Origin: an uncultured virus (IMG/VR IMGVR_UViG_3300038428_000489)
Lineage: Duplodnaviria > Heunggongvirae > Uroviricota > Caudoviricetes
IMG/VR virus record: IMGVR_UViG_3300038428_000489
Strand: one strand, 5' to 3'
DNA length: 64,000 nt
Part shown: one piece after another, positions 27,722 to 35,995 of the stretch
Numbering within the stretch: the first letter of the stretch is position 1
Layout of the letters: every line of letters starts with the position of its first letter
The notes under the pieces: model-generated
What the model saw: the letters and a program-made list of their open reading frames with translations, nothing else
Told to the model about the DNA's origin: nothing
The model's database searches: none
Made by a program: the position numbers and the translations under genes

Positions 27722-27918
27722 CTTAAATCCTCAATAAGCATTTCTAATGATTCTTTTCTAACAAGCATTAAATAATATTTCTCATTGCTGATAAGAATAT
27801 AGGGTTTGCCCGTTCCTATATCATAAATGCGCCGACTGAAAAAGTGACCATCAATGGTCCCTACCATTTTGTGATAACTGAAAGCCTTATCATAACTAAA
27901 GCGCAGATTATCAAACAT
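27718..27918 (-). CDS. Hypothetical protein
   Basis: ATGA overlap with the methyltransferase. Confidence 0.5.
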   Translation of the reverse strand: MFDNLRFSYDKAFSYHKMVGTIDGHFFSRRIYDIGTGKPYILISNEKYYLMLVRKESLEMLIEDLR

Positions 27919-27930
27919 TACTTTCCTCGC

Positions 27931-28122
27931 TTAATCCTTTTTAGGCACCCAGGGTCTCCCAGTTAGGACGTCAAATGGTCCGGTTTTATTGTGTTCACCG
28001 CACAAATCATCAGAAAGGGTACGCTTAGATTTGATAATGCACCAAGCGTCCCGCTGCTCCGGCATTAAATCCCAGGGTTCGGGCAACCAGTTATCACAAG
28101 TCCAGCAGGATTTAGCCATCAC
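27931..28122 (-). CDS. Cys-rich hypothetical protein
   Basis: CWTC..C..C. Confidence 0.55.
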   Translation of the reverse strand: MMAKSCWTCDNWLPEPWDLMPEQRDAWCIIKSKRTLSDDLCGEHNKTGPFDVLTGRPWVPKKD

Positions 28123-28343
28123 ATCTCCCCTTCCCGCTCCACCCGCATACCCTTGATAAGGCTCCCTATCTTATTCAAAAAGTCTTTAAATTCTTCGGCA
28201 TCAGCATCAGCCTTGAAATAAGCCATGGGGTGTAGTTCAGTGCCCTTTAGCCTGTAAAGAAATTTCTGCTTGCGAGTAGAAATTTCTGTAACTCCATATT
28301 CCACCACCAGCTTGCCCTCTTTGGTCTCAATGCGAATAGCCAT
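28119..28343 (-). CDS. Hypothetical protein
   Basis: AGGAG RBS; in operon. Confidence 0.6.
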   Translation of the reverse strand: MAIRIETKEGKLVVEYGVTEISTRKQKFLYRLKGTELHPMAYFKADADAEEFKDFLNKIGSLIKGMRVEREGEM

Positions 28344-28549
28344 AATTAAGCTCCCTTTGCTGTGTTCTCTAAACCCTGTTTAATCTCCCCCGCCAGGCCC
28401 TCGTCCGGTGCCGCGCCGGGACTAACTACCTTGAGTTGGCAGCCATTCCTGATGAGGCGCACAGATTCGCATTGAAGGTATGGCCGGCCTTGAAGCAGCG
28501 ATGAGAAATGGCCGCACTTGCCGTTAATCAGATGGGGACAGGGTTTCAT

Positions 28550-29899
28550 TTACCACCCTTCCTTTCCATTGCTAATACCTGTTTCTGCCAGTGAAAATCT
28601 TGCGCCTTGGATTAACTTATATTTTAAAACAAGGCCATTCGGGTTATACCCGGGCATGGCGAAGACCTTCACATCATCTATCTTGGCCTCATTGACTACT
28701 CCTTTAATCGGGTCCTTTTTCCTAGATAGCGCCAAATGCAGCCTACATTTTTCCCTAGTAAACATACCTCCTCGGCCTGATTCCGCTCCCGTATCTTTCT
28801 GGATAGCTATAAAACATATCCCTTTATTTAATTTATCGAATACCCCACAAATATCCGAAGCGATAGTCCAAAATTGATCGTATTTTTCCAAATAATCAAT
28901 TACGTTTATAGAATCAGGCTCTATCAGGTCAGCAAAATTATCTCTTCTTGCCCTAAAATTGACTACCGTCCATTCTTCTATCGGCAATTCAAATCTCTCT
29001 AAACGGTTACGTAATTCTTCTGGTCCCATTTCGCTTGATAAATAATTTACAGGGAATCTTGTTTTATTCATCCGTGTCATATCTAAACAAAATGAGGTTT
29101 TGCCTATCCCTTTCTCCCCTGCAATTATTACAATATTAGAGGGAAACAGTCTTACATATTTATCAATCTCCAACGGCAATTTGAGGTCCAGCCAGTTGGA
29201 AGGATCGGCATGAAGAAAATCTATTTTATTTACATTAGTTTCCTTAATCCGGTAATGACCACGTTTGCCAGGAATTTTGTCAATTAAATCTTCTTTTTCA
29301 GCGCGGCCAAGAGCCATAAGAACCGTCTTTTTATCCCCAGGCGCAATAATCGCCAAATCGTTATAAATCTGCCGCACTTCAAATTGTCCAGGCGATATTT
29401 TAATCCAGTCTCTAACCTTCGCGGTTAGATTGCCGCTTTTACAGCCTGCTCCGGCTGACAACTCCGCTAATTTTTCCTGAGCCTTTATAATTAATTCATC
29501 GGGTTTCCGCCCTTCATGGCAGGCGTGATATATTTTGCTGCTAATCTCGGCTAATCGCCTTAATGTAGATTTTTCATGTACTATATTGACAAAGTGGGAA
29601 AGATTAGCGGCATGACCAACCTCTTCTGAGAGCTTCACCAAAAAATCCATGCCTCCAGCTTCGACTAATTTCCCTGATTCGGTTAAGGCCACGCATACAG
29701 ATCGGTAATCAATGGGTGCCCCGGATTCTTCTAAATCGGTCATGGCTTTGAATATCAGTTGATGATTGGAATAATAAAAATCCTCTGCTCTGATTTTTTC
29801 TAGTACCTCTGCAATTTTTTGGGGGTCTATAAGCAGACTACCCAACACGGTTTGTTCAGCTTCTTTAGATTCTATGGGCTTTTGCTGGGTTTTTACCAT
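28550..29899 (-). CDS. Replication protein: DnaB N-terminal domain plus P-loop helicase/ATPase
   Basis: EAEQTVLGSLL..EDFY..HQLIF; GEKGIGKT; SSEMG; VIDYL. Confidence 0.85.
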   Translation of the reverse strand: MVKTQQKPIESKEAEQTVLGSLLIDPQKIAEVLEKIRAEDFYYSNHQLIFKAMTDLEESGAPIDYRSVCVALTESGKLVEAGGMDFLVKLSEEVGHAANLSHFVNIVHEKSTLRRLAEISSKIYHACHEGRKPDELIIKAQEKLAELSAGAGCKSGNLTAKVRDWIKISPGQFEVRQIYNDLAIIAPGDKKTVLMALGRAEKEDLIDKIPGKRGHYRIKETNVNKIDFLHADPSNWLDLKLPLEIDKYVRLFPSNIVIIAGEKGIGKTSFCLDMTRMNKTRFPVNYLSSEMGPEELRNRLERFELPIEEWTVVNFRARRDNFADLIEPDSINVIDYLEKYDQFWTIASDICGVFDKLNKGICFIAIQKDTGAESGRGGMFTREKCRLHLALSRKKDPIKGVVNEAKIDDVKVFAMPGYNPNGLVLKYKLIQGARFSLAETGISNGKEGW

Positions 29900-29939
29900 T
29901 ATAAAGTCCTTGGTTTTGCCTTTATCGCTTTTGCATTTA

Positions 29940-30154
29940 AAATATATTAACTGCGTGGATTAACCGTGCGGTTAACCGCGTGCGCGCGCCCGGTTATATA
30001 ATTGCACCGAGTATGCCAAACCTAGATGGTAACAAGTTATCCGCGACATGGTAACAAATGGTCAAAACCCGGTAATCTCGGTAACAAATTTGTCATTTAG
30101 TAAAAATGGGTAATCTTAACTAATTTTGATAACATTGGTAAATTATGGTAAATT
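29940..30154. repeat. Putative replication origin with GGTAA iterons
   Basis: ggtaacaa x3, ggtaatct x2, tggtaaatt x2; palindrome gcggttaaccgc at 29968-29979. Confidence 0.55.
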
Positions 30155-30394
30155 ATCATAGAACTCTTGAGCCAGCCGGGCTAGTTCGTTGAAGGTTTCC
30201 GGGTTAATGATGTTGACATGATATTCCCAGCAGCCTTGATATTTGACGCCGGGCATGGTGGGCCAGAGGCCAGTGTTTCTCTTGAATAGTTTCATACCCC
30301 GGATAACCAGCCAAGGCGGTTCGCCAAACTCCGCTGAAAAGTCGGCGCGCAGATCACCCGGGCCGTTAAGTTTTTTCATGCTCAGGATTTTCAT
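30143..30394 (-). CDS. SpoVG-like nucleic-acid-binding protein
   Basis: LRADFS..VIRGMKL..GLWPTMP pattern. Confidence 0.55.
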   Translation of the reverse strand: MKILSMKKLNGPGDLRADFSAEFGEPPWLVIRGMKLFKRNTGLWPTMPGVKYQGCWEYHVNIINPETFNELARLAQEFYDNLP

Positions 30395-30566
30395 TGAATT
30401 GGATTTTCTGGAATCCTTCAATCATTTCAGAAATGGGCAGGATAACCGAAGCCAGCATTTCATCGCCCTTAAAAATTGCCAGCATAGTTTGTTCATATCC
30501 AAGACAAGTACCGGCCTTGCAGAATTTAACCTTCCGCCCTGCCTCGCCAAGAATTTCAATGACCAT
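30366..30566 (-). CDS. Hypothetical protein
   Basis: AGGAG RBS; in operon. Confidence 0.5.
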   Translation of the reverse strand: MVIEILGEAGRKVKFCKAGTCLGYEQTMLAIFKGDEMLASVILPISEMIEGFQKIQFNENPEHEKT

Positions 30567-30759
30567 TGGTATCTCCTTTAAGCCTCACCAGCTTCTTCCC
30601 TTTGCATTCCAGACATTGGTAGTTGTTGAAATAAAGCGCCGCATTCGAGGCCACCGACCTTTTAAACCTAAGCGCCGCCAGCCGCGCCTTGCAGGGATGG
30701 CGCAGGGTGCGGACCTGGAGGATCGGGCAAAACCATTTATAGGCTAAATCTTGGGTCAT
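30556..30759 (-). CDS. Cys-containing hypothetical protein
   Basis: CP..C..CLEC. Confidence 0.5.
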   Translation of the reverse strand: MTQDLAYKWFCPILQVRTLRHPCKARLAALRFKRSVASNAALYFNNYQCLECKGKKLVRLKGDTNGH

Positions 30760-31045
30760 AGCTAAGAAATTTATTAGCTTTCAAAGAAAACCAGCGCCCA
30801 ACAATGGGGCCGAAAAGTCCAATCACCCAAGGGTTTGGATGGACTTTTGCTTTTGATAAATACATCATACCCCTGCCCATACCATGTGAATAACTATCGT
30901 TTTCCAAAATATTACAGACATCGCCTTTAAGCCATAACTCGTATTTCCCTTTTCTTAGTATTGTGAATTGTCCTCCCGTATTCACAGCCGTAAGTTTTTC
31001 CCATCTATAAGCAATGGCCAATTCAATTAACTCTTTTTGTGTCAT
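30737..31045 (-). CDS. Hypothetical protein
   Basis: GGAG RBS; in operon. Confidence 0.55.
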   Translation of the reverse strand: MTQKELIELAIAYRWEKLTAVNTGGQFTILRKGKYELWLKGDVCNILENDSYSHGMGRGMMYLSKAKVHPNPWVIGLFGPIVGRWFSLKANKFLSYDPRFSL

Positions 31046-31133
31046 CTCAGTTCTCCCTCATCATCGCGCCGTAATGGGCCAGAACCTTCCCGAATTGCTT
31101 CTCGCTCATGGCCACATAGGCCGGCGAGAGACA

Positions 31134-31793
31134 CTAAATTTGAACTAGAGACCCTTGACCTCTTTCAGGATGCGGGGCAAATATGGTCAAGTCAAAGTGC
31201 TGTTGCGAAATAGCCTGAATAAAACTAAAAAGCCTATTCTTAGTCCACAACGGAAAAGCAGAATCAAGAGAATCCGCCTTTACCATGATAGCATGAGCCA
31301 ACTTGTTCAGAGTGCCAGCTCGGCCATAGTGAAACTTCTTCCCGCAGTGATGGGCCAGTTGACACCAATACCCAGCATATCTCTTGTATTCGTCGGTCCC
31401 GCCCAAAAAGATACCTGCAAACTGGTCAATCACCTCCATAACCGCCACGACTTCCATTCCGTCCTGCACTGCTAGATACCAAGGCCATTCCGGGAGTTGA
31501 TAAAACCATTTCATCGAGAACTCAAGCGACTTCATGCCCCCCGCCACAATGTCAGGGCAAACAGCAAGATAAGGCCGCTTATATTTTCCAACTGCCTTTT
31601 GTAAACGGTTGACAAAGGTTTTCTCGTCAAAACCCCCTGGCAGGTCTTTGAAACCCCAAGCCCCGTTGTCAAAACCCCACGGTTCCCCCTCATAAAGGTC
31701 AGGCCAGTTCTGCGCCACCATACGACCCATGCCTGTTTCTTGGCAGATGCGTTTAATTCTTTTTTCAGAGGTATCCCCAATTAAAATCTGCAT
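31134..31793 (-). CDS. Queuine tRNA-ribosyltransferase (TGT/DpdA)-like TIM-barrel protein
   Basis: GFDNGAW, CPDIV, LAVQDG, IFLGG, FHYGR and SLDS motifs. Confidence 0.65.
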   Translation of the reverse strand: MQILIGDTSEKRIKRICQETGMGRMVAQNWPDLYEGEPWGFDNGAWGFKDLPGGFDEKTFVNRLQKAVGKYKRPYLAVCPDIVAGGMKSLEFSMKWFYQLPEWPWYLAVQDGMEVVAVMEVIDQFAGIFLGGTDEYKRYAGYWCQLAHHCGKKFHYGRAGTLNKLAHAIMVKADSLDSAFPLWTKNRLFSFIQAISQQHFDLTIFAPHPERGQGSLVQI

Positions 31794-32023
31794 CAGGTCA
31801 ACCCCTTTTTTCCATGGGAACCGTTGTGGGAGCCTAAACCGAAAACCGCGCCACTTTCTGTCGTTTGCAGACAGCAAGGGCACGTCAACCATGCGTCGTT
31901 AAAGGGGTTTAGGGATGGAGGGACTGCCTTGGGAGACGGACCTCTTGCACTATTCATCGACTTTTCCTGACTTCAAGGGAATTTTCATGGGAGCCTGCTC
32001 CGTTTTTTGGTAAATTTAAATGT

Positions 32024-32100
32024 CGGGGCGTAGCGCAGTCTGGAAGCGCGCCTGGCCTGGGACCAGGAAGTCGGCGGTCCGAATCCGCCCGCCCCGACCA
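32024..32100 (+). tRNA. tRNA-Pro(UGG), atypical; candidate attP
   Basis: CGGGGCG UA GCGC AGUCUGGAA GCGC G CCUGG CCUGGGA CCAGG AAGUC GGCGG UCCGAAU CCGCC CGCCCCG ACCA. Confidence 0.88.
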
Positions 32101-32101
32101 T

Positions 32102-32656
32102 CTATATATGCGTCCAATATTTGCGATGAATAATCCCGCTAATATGTTCTGGATAAACAGAAAACATTTCCGCAAGTCTTTTGTTGGCAATTCCATTAGC
32201 CGCCATTTCTCTGATTTGGATAACTTGAGATTCGTTAAGTTTGGCCCGAGGGTTTTTACTTCCGGCCAAAACAGTTCCATGAATTATCGTATCTTGGGCA
32301 TTATTACGCCTTGTATCCCATCGTAGGTTTGTTAAATTATTGTTGGCAGGATTGCCGTCATTGTGACAGGTTTCCATGCCCAAAGGACAAGGACTAACAA
32401 AGGCGATCAGTACTAACCTATGAATAAAAATTCGATAGGTTTTTCCATCTTTTCGTAAATACAAAGCTAATCGGTTAAAACGATCAGGATGAGGTTTTAA
32501 GATTTTCTGCGCGGTCGTGCTAATATAGGTTCCTAAGTTTCTTCCCCTGGATTTTAAGTAAGACCTAACCCGTCCCTGGTCCGAAACCTCATATCCAGGA
32601 AATCCAGAAATTGCTTTCCAATTTTCGCCAAGTCTGCTAAATTGAGAATCACTCAT
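32102..32656 (-). CDS. NUMOD4-HNH endonuclease
   Basis: WKAISGFPGYEVSDQGRVRS; HRLVL..CHNDGNPANNNLTNLRW; start at MSDS after AAGGAGG. Confidence 0.92.
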   Translation of the reverse strand: MSDSQFSRLGENWKAISGFPGYEVSDQGRVRSYLKSRGRNLGTYISTTAQKILKPHPDRFNRLALYLRKDGKTYRIFIHRLVLIAFVSPCPLGMETCHNDGNPANNNLTNLRWDTRRNNAQDTIIHGTVLAGSKNPRAKLNESQVIQIREMAANGIANKRLAEMFSVYPEHISGIIHRKYWTHI

Positions 32657-32723
32657 GGCCGAACCTCCTTGCAGGTTGGTTGTGGGGAGAGCCGGGGGCG
32701 GTGTTAGCGCACCCCCTCGGCTC
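32657..32723 (-). promoter_or_regulatory. Leader hairpins, one sequestering the HNH RBS
   Basis: GAGCCGAGGGG..CCCCCGGCUC stem, then AACCU-gcaagg-AGGUU overlapping the Shine-Dalgarno. Confidence 0.6.
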
Positions 32724-32730
32724 GTCAATC

Positions 32731-33732
32731 TTAATACTGAATTTTCTCTAGTAATTCTATCGCATCTTGCATCCCTTTGTCCATACTTTTTATATATATT
32801 TCGGTGGTTTGAAGACTCTTGTGACGCAATAATTTGGATATTACTATTGTGCTTACCTTCTTTGAATCGTGGAGTAAAGAAGCTACATATGCGCGAATGG
32901 AATGAAAATTGAAATATCTTATCCCCGCCCTCCGGCAAAGGGTGCGCATCAACTTGGGGCGTCTCATATACCGAGTCCGTGTCTTCTCGTTGTAGAATAC
33001 CCACTCCGCTTGCTCTCGTGCCCGCCACAGGCCCCAGAGGGTGTCGTATAGCACCTGATTCATGGGTAGCGTATCGGCAGCCCAGGCCCCATCCCTGCGC
33101 TTCCTGGTCCATAGTCGCACCGTGCGCTCCTGGAAATTCACATCCTCCCAGCGGAGCCTCAGCGCCTCGTCTATTCGGGCCAGGGTGTGATAGAGGACGA
33201 GGATTAATGGCCGGTCCTCCCCTGCCGCCAGCAGGAGGCGGCGCATCTCATCAGGCGTGGGTATTTGCCGGATGAACTGAGGCTCCGGCATCTTCTCCAG
33301 GAAGAAACACGGATTTTGCTCAATCTTTTGCCTTTTCCATGCCCAAACCAGCAGCGCACAGAGATCTTTTCTATGCCGGTTATAATTGACATTAGTTCGC
33401 CGAGATCGTAGATAAATCTCCAGCACAGACACCGAGATCCGGGAGAGGGGTAAATCTCCCATGACCCTAATGAATTCTTTAAAGACATAGGATTTATACT
33501 TGTAAGTCTTTGGAGCAAATCTTCTAATTCCGTAGTCGAGGTATTCATTTGCGAGGTCCTCGAAGCCCATGCCGGTTCGGGTCTTGGCCGTCACCGCTTT
33601 TTTTAACTCGGCCTTGTGCACCGCTTCGGCAGCTCTAGCCTGGGCCTTGGTACGAAACCAGGCTTTGTTGAATTTTTTGCCCTGGTACTGGAATCGATAC
33701 CGCCAGCCCTTCTTCTCGCGCCAGCATGGCAT
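32731..33732 (-). CDS. int: Tyrosine integrase
   Basis: TLARIDEAL (R), FHSIR (HxxR), LRHKSLQTTEIY (H, Y). Confidence 0.95.
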   Translation of the reverse strand: MPCWREKKGWRYRFQYQGKKFNKAWFRTKAQARAAEAVHKAELKKAVTAKTRTGMGFEDLANEYLDYGIRRFAPKTYKYKSYVFKEFIRVMGDLPLSRISVSVLEIYLRSRRTNVNYNRHRKDLCALLVWAWKRQKIEQNPCFFLEKMPEPQFIRQIPTPDEMRRLLLAAGEDRPLILVLYHTLARIDEALRLRWEDVNFQERTVRLWTRKRRDGAWAADTLPMNQVLYDTLWGLWRAREQAEWVFYNEKTRTRYMRRPKLMRTLCRRAGIRYFNFHSIRAYVASLLHDSKKVSTIVISKLLRHKSLQTTEIYIKSMDKGMQDAIELLEKIQY

Positions 33733-33889
33733 TGAAAATTACCTCCGCCCGAAATCGTAAACAGCGCAGGCCAAGAGGGTAGAAGCCCCCGAGTACCCGC
33801 GCCTTTCGGTATATAGAACGTGGAGATAATTTCAAGAGCAAAGCCGCCTCCTTGACGGTTAGCAGCGGTGGGGTGGGGTTATCCCCCAT
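33635..33889 (-). CDS. xis: Excisionase-like HTH protein
   Basis: LLTVKEAALLLKLSPRSIYR..LRF; overlaps the int start. Confidence 0.75.
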   Translation of the reverse strand: MGDNPTPPLLTVKEAALLLKLSPRSIYRKARVLGGFYPLGLRCLRFRAEVIFNAMLAREEGLAVSIPVPGQKIQQSLVSYQGPG

Positions 33890-34181
33890 TATTTCTCTCA
33901 ACTTCTTTCCGTAGAATATCCAGAGACTCAGCCGTCATCCCAAACCGAGCGCAAATCCGTTTTAGGGCCTGGCGCACATTCTCGGGTCGCTGCTTCATCG
34001 CTTCATCCAGGTAAATCCCCAACTATTTCGAGTTGGGTATCTGGGGCTTGGTGCGAAGGATGTGACAGCCGATAGTGTTGGCGGATAGCTTGGTGCGCTC
34101 AAGAATGCGGGTGAGATCCACGCCATGCAGGAGGTCCCGGCATAAATCGGAGATAAAATCATCCCAATCAAATTCAGCCAT
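33879..34181 (-). pseudogene. Early regulator-like gene (cII position) with an in-frame TAG at codon 53
   Basis: MAEFDWDD..IPNSK*LGIYLDEAM..LKRICARFG..; the terminal TAA overlaps the xis start. Confidence 0.6.
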
Positions 34182-34316
34182 CAGCCTTTTTCTCCGTGGC
34201 AAGGGGAAGGGGGTTTTGCCAAAATAGGCCGGGAAACCCTTGATATTGCTGCTTCTGCATTTTTGGCAACCGCTGAAATATTTTGGCAGACGGATGAAAA
34301 ATAGTTTGTGAAAATG

Positions 34317-34532
34317 TTAGGCACAGTCAGGCGAACTTTCTTCCAGGTCAGGGCATAAGTTGACCAAAGGAACCAAGCAGCCAGTAGCTTTATGAATTAT
34401 CCGGGCGGTTGCCGGCTTAAAATAGCCCTTCCCCCTAAGGTGGCGATGGATACAGGAGGCCGGGACACCATTCATTTTCGCCCACGGGGTGTAGTGGATG
34501 CCTTGCTCGGTGAAAAATTCTCTGAGGGTCAT
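34317..34532 (-). CDS. Cro-like regulator
   Basis: MTLREFF..WAKMNGVP..IHRHLRG..ARIIHKATG..LCPDL; divergent from the repressor. Confidence 0.85.
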   Translation of the reverse strand: MTLREFFTEQGIHYTPWAKMNGVPASCIHRHLRGKGYFKPATARIIHKATGCLVPLVNLCPDLEESSPDCA

Positions 34533-34541
34533 AAAACGATG

Positions 34542-34590
34542 ATTAGCACAAGCGAATCGGATTTGCAAGACATATTTTCGCCCATGCGAA
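34542..34590 (-). promoter_or_regulatory. Leftward promoter with two operators
   Basis: TTGCAA..GCTAAT; TTAGCacaaGCGAA at 34543-34556 and TTCGCccatGCGAA at 34577-34590. Confidence 0.75.
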
Positions 34591-34613
34591 TAAATCCCAT
34601 GATAGGAGATAGC

Positions 34614-35033
34614 ATGAACACTCCAAGGGAAATTGAGGCGGCCGCTTGGAAATTTTTTAAGGAAGTGATTTCCGGAATGGAGAAGCGGCCCGCCAAATTC
34701 AAGAGCGACAAAGATATGGCTGCGGCGGCAGGGGTTCTTGAGACAACCTTCAACGAATATAAATCAGGGGCAAAAGGCCATAAGCAGCCGAGTTTCATCA
34801 CCATCTATAAACTCGCCCATGTCATCAGGGGCGAGAAGCCTTGCAGCCTGGATACCGAAAATTTAGGCTTCTCTCGCTGGCAGGAAGCTATCAAGAAAGA
34901 TCGCCACAACCTCATAGATAAATTAATTTCCCTCATTCTGGCCGATAGCGATATCGAACCTCTCGCCGCAAGCCTCCAGGTTTATCACCAAAGGCTCTTT
35001 TCCCCCCTCGAAGCTACTAGCGAAAATCCTTAA
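34614..35033 (+). CDS. CI-like repressor (HTH, no S24 peptidase domain)
   Basis: SDKDMAAAAGVLETTFNEYKSG..PSFITIYKLA; AGGAG RBS. Confidence 0.8.
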   Translation: MNTPREIEAAAWKFFKEVISGMEKRPAKFKSDKDMAAAAGVLETTFNEYKSGAKGHKQPSFITIYKLAHVIRGEKPCSLDTENLGFSRWQEAIKKDRHNLIDKLISLILADSDIEPLAASLQVYHQRLFSPLEATSENP

Positions 35034-35086
35034 ATTCAGACCTAAACTGCACTAATCCCCGCTCCCGAGTTTCTCCCTAAAAAAAA

Positions 35087-35135
35087 TTCGTTCATGCGAA
35101 AAAAAACCTTGCAAATGAAATTCGCCTGTGCTAAT
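35087..35135 (+). promoter_or_regulatory. Rightward promoter with two operators
   Basis: TTCGTtcatGCGAA at 35087-35100; TTGCAA..TTCGCctgtGCTAAT at 35109-35135. Confidence 0.75.
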
Positions 35136-35143
35136 AGATAATC

Positions 35144-35662
35144 ATGGAAGCGATTGAGGGTTCTCGGGTGTTTTTCCAGGAAGCCGACCAAATTTATCGT
35201 CGGTGTTCCCGGTGAAAAGGGATCAAGCCGACAACTGAGTTTTATGACAATCCGTTAATGGCCGGTGGTAAAGGAGCATATTGTAAATCTTGTGGCCGTC
35301 GATATCAAGTAGAACATAAATCTAAAAACCCCGATCTACAGAAAAAGCAAAGAACCTATTTTAATAATTATTATCAAACCCGCAATACAGAGATTCAGAT
35401 TGAAAGACGGAAGAAACGGGAAGCTAATCACTTATTAAAGAAATTACAAGATAAAGCATGGCTTGAATTTAAAAACGCTCTTAGGACCGGTCTGGTTAAA
35501 GGTCCGCCTCTTTTATGTAACGGATGCTGGGATGTTTTCAAAATAGGACAGCAATATGAATCACACCATCCCAATTATAACGAACCTTTAATAGTAATTT
35601 GGCTTTGTAAGTCCTGTCATCGGCGGCTTCATCGGTATGGCCTTGACGGGAGATTTAAATAA
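35144..35662 (+). pseudogene. Zinc-finger/HNH-like gene with an in-frame TGA at codon 24
   Basis: RRCSR*KGIKPTTEFY..YCKSC..CNGC..HHPNYNEPLIVIWLCKSCH. Confidence 0.7.
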
Positions 35663-35674
35663 GCCCATAGGCGC

Positions 35675-35958
35675 TGCCCCCACGAGCAAGCACCATCAGG
35701 CGACGAGGGCGGGCTGAAGAACCGCAGGGATAGGGACGTGTATCCAATCGTGATTGTCTGCGGAGGCGGGGCAAGTTTCGGCAAATTGAACAGCTACGGC
35801 GAGGCGATGGGGCGGCCCGGCGCAACCGGGATGCTGAATCGAGAGGAACATGTCTCAGGTAGGCATAAATGATTCTGTGGTGAATGGCCGATGGCGAGCG
35901 GTCAATGCCAAGGATAATAGCCGGTATCGAATCCGGCCCCCAAAATCTTGCCGTGGCT
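35675..35958 (+). ncRNA. Multi-domain structured RNA with a T-arm-like 3' hairpin
   Basis: Closing stems ugcccc/ggggca and agcuacggc/gccguggcu; GCCGG UAUCGAAU CCGGC. Confidence 0.65.
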
Positions 35959-35995
35959 TGTTGAGCCTGCGGGAACTAACAAGGAGGATGGTGAT

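Noticed and set aside
23116..32100. Invertible segment bounded by the two inverted tRNA-Pro genes
   Set aside because: The shared tracts are only 11-13 nt and are explained by tRNA conservation
32657..33112. N-terminal extension of the HNH ORF in the track (336 aa)
   Set aside because: Overlaps the integrase; the RBS and NUMOD4 motif place the start at 32656
34392..34613. Extended repressor N-terminus
   Set aside because: Overlaps cro and the operators; the RBS supports a start at 34614
35216..35260. Bacterial SECIS after the TGA
   Set aside because: Only a weak hairpin, without the usual apical G loop
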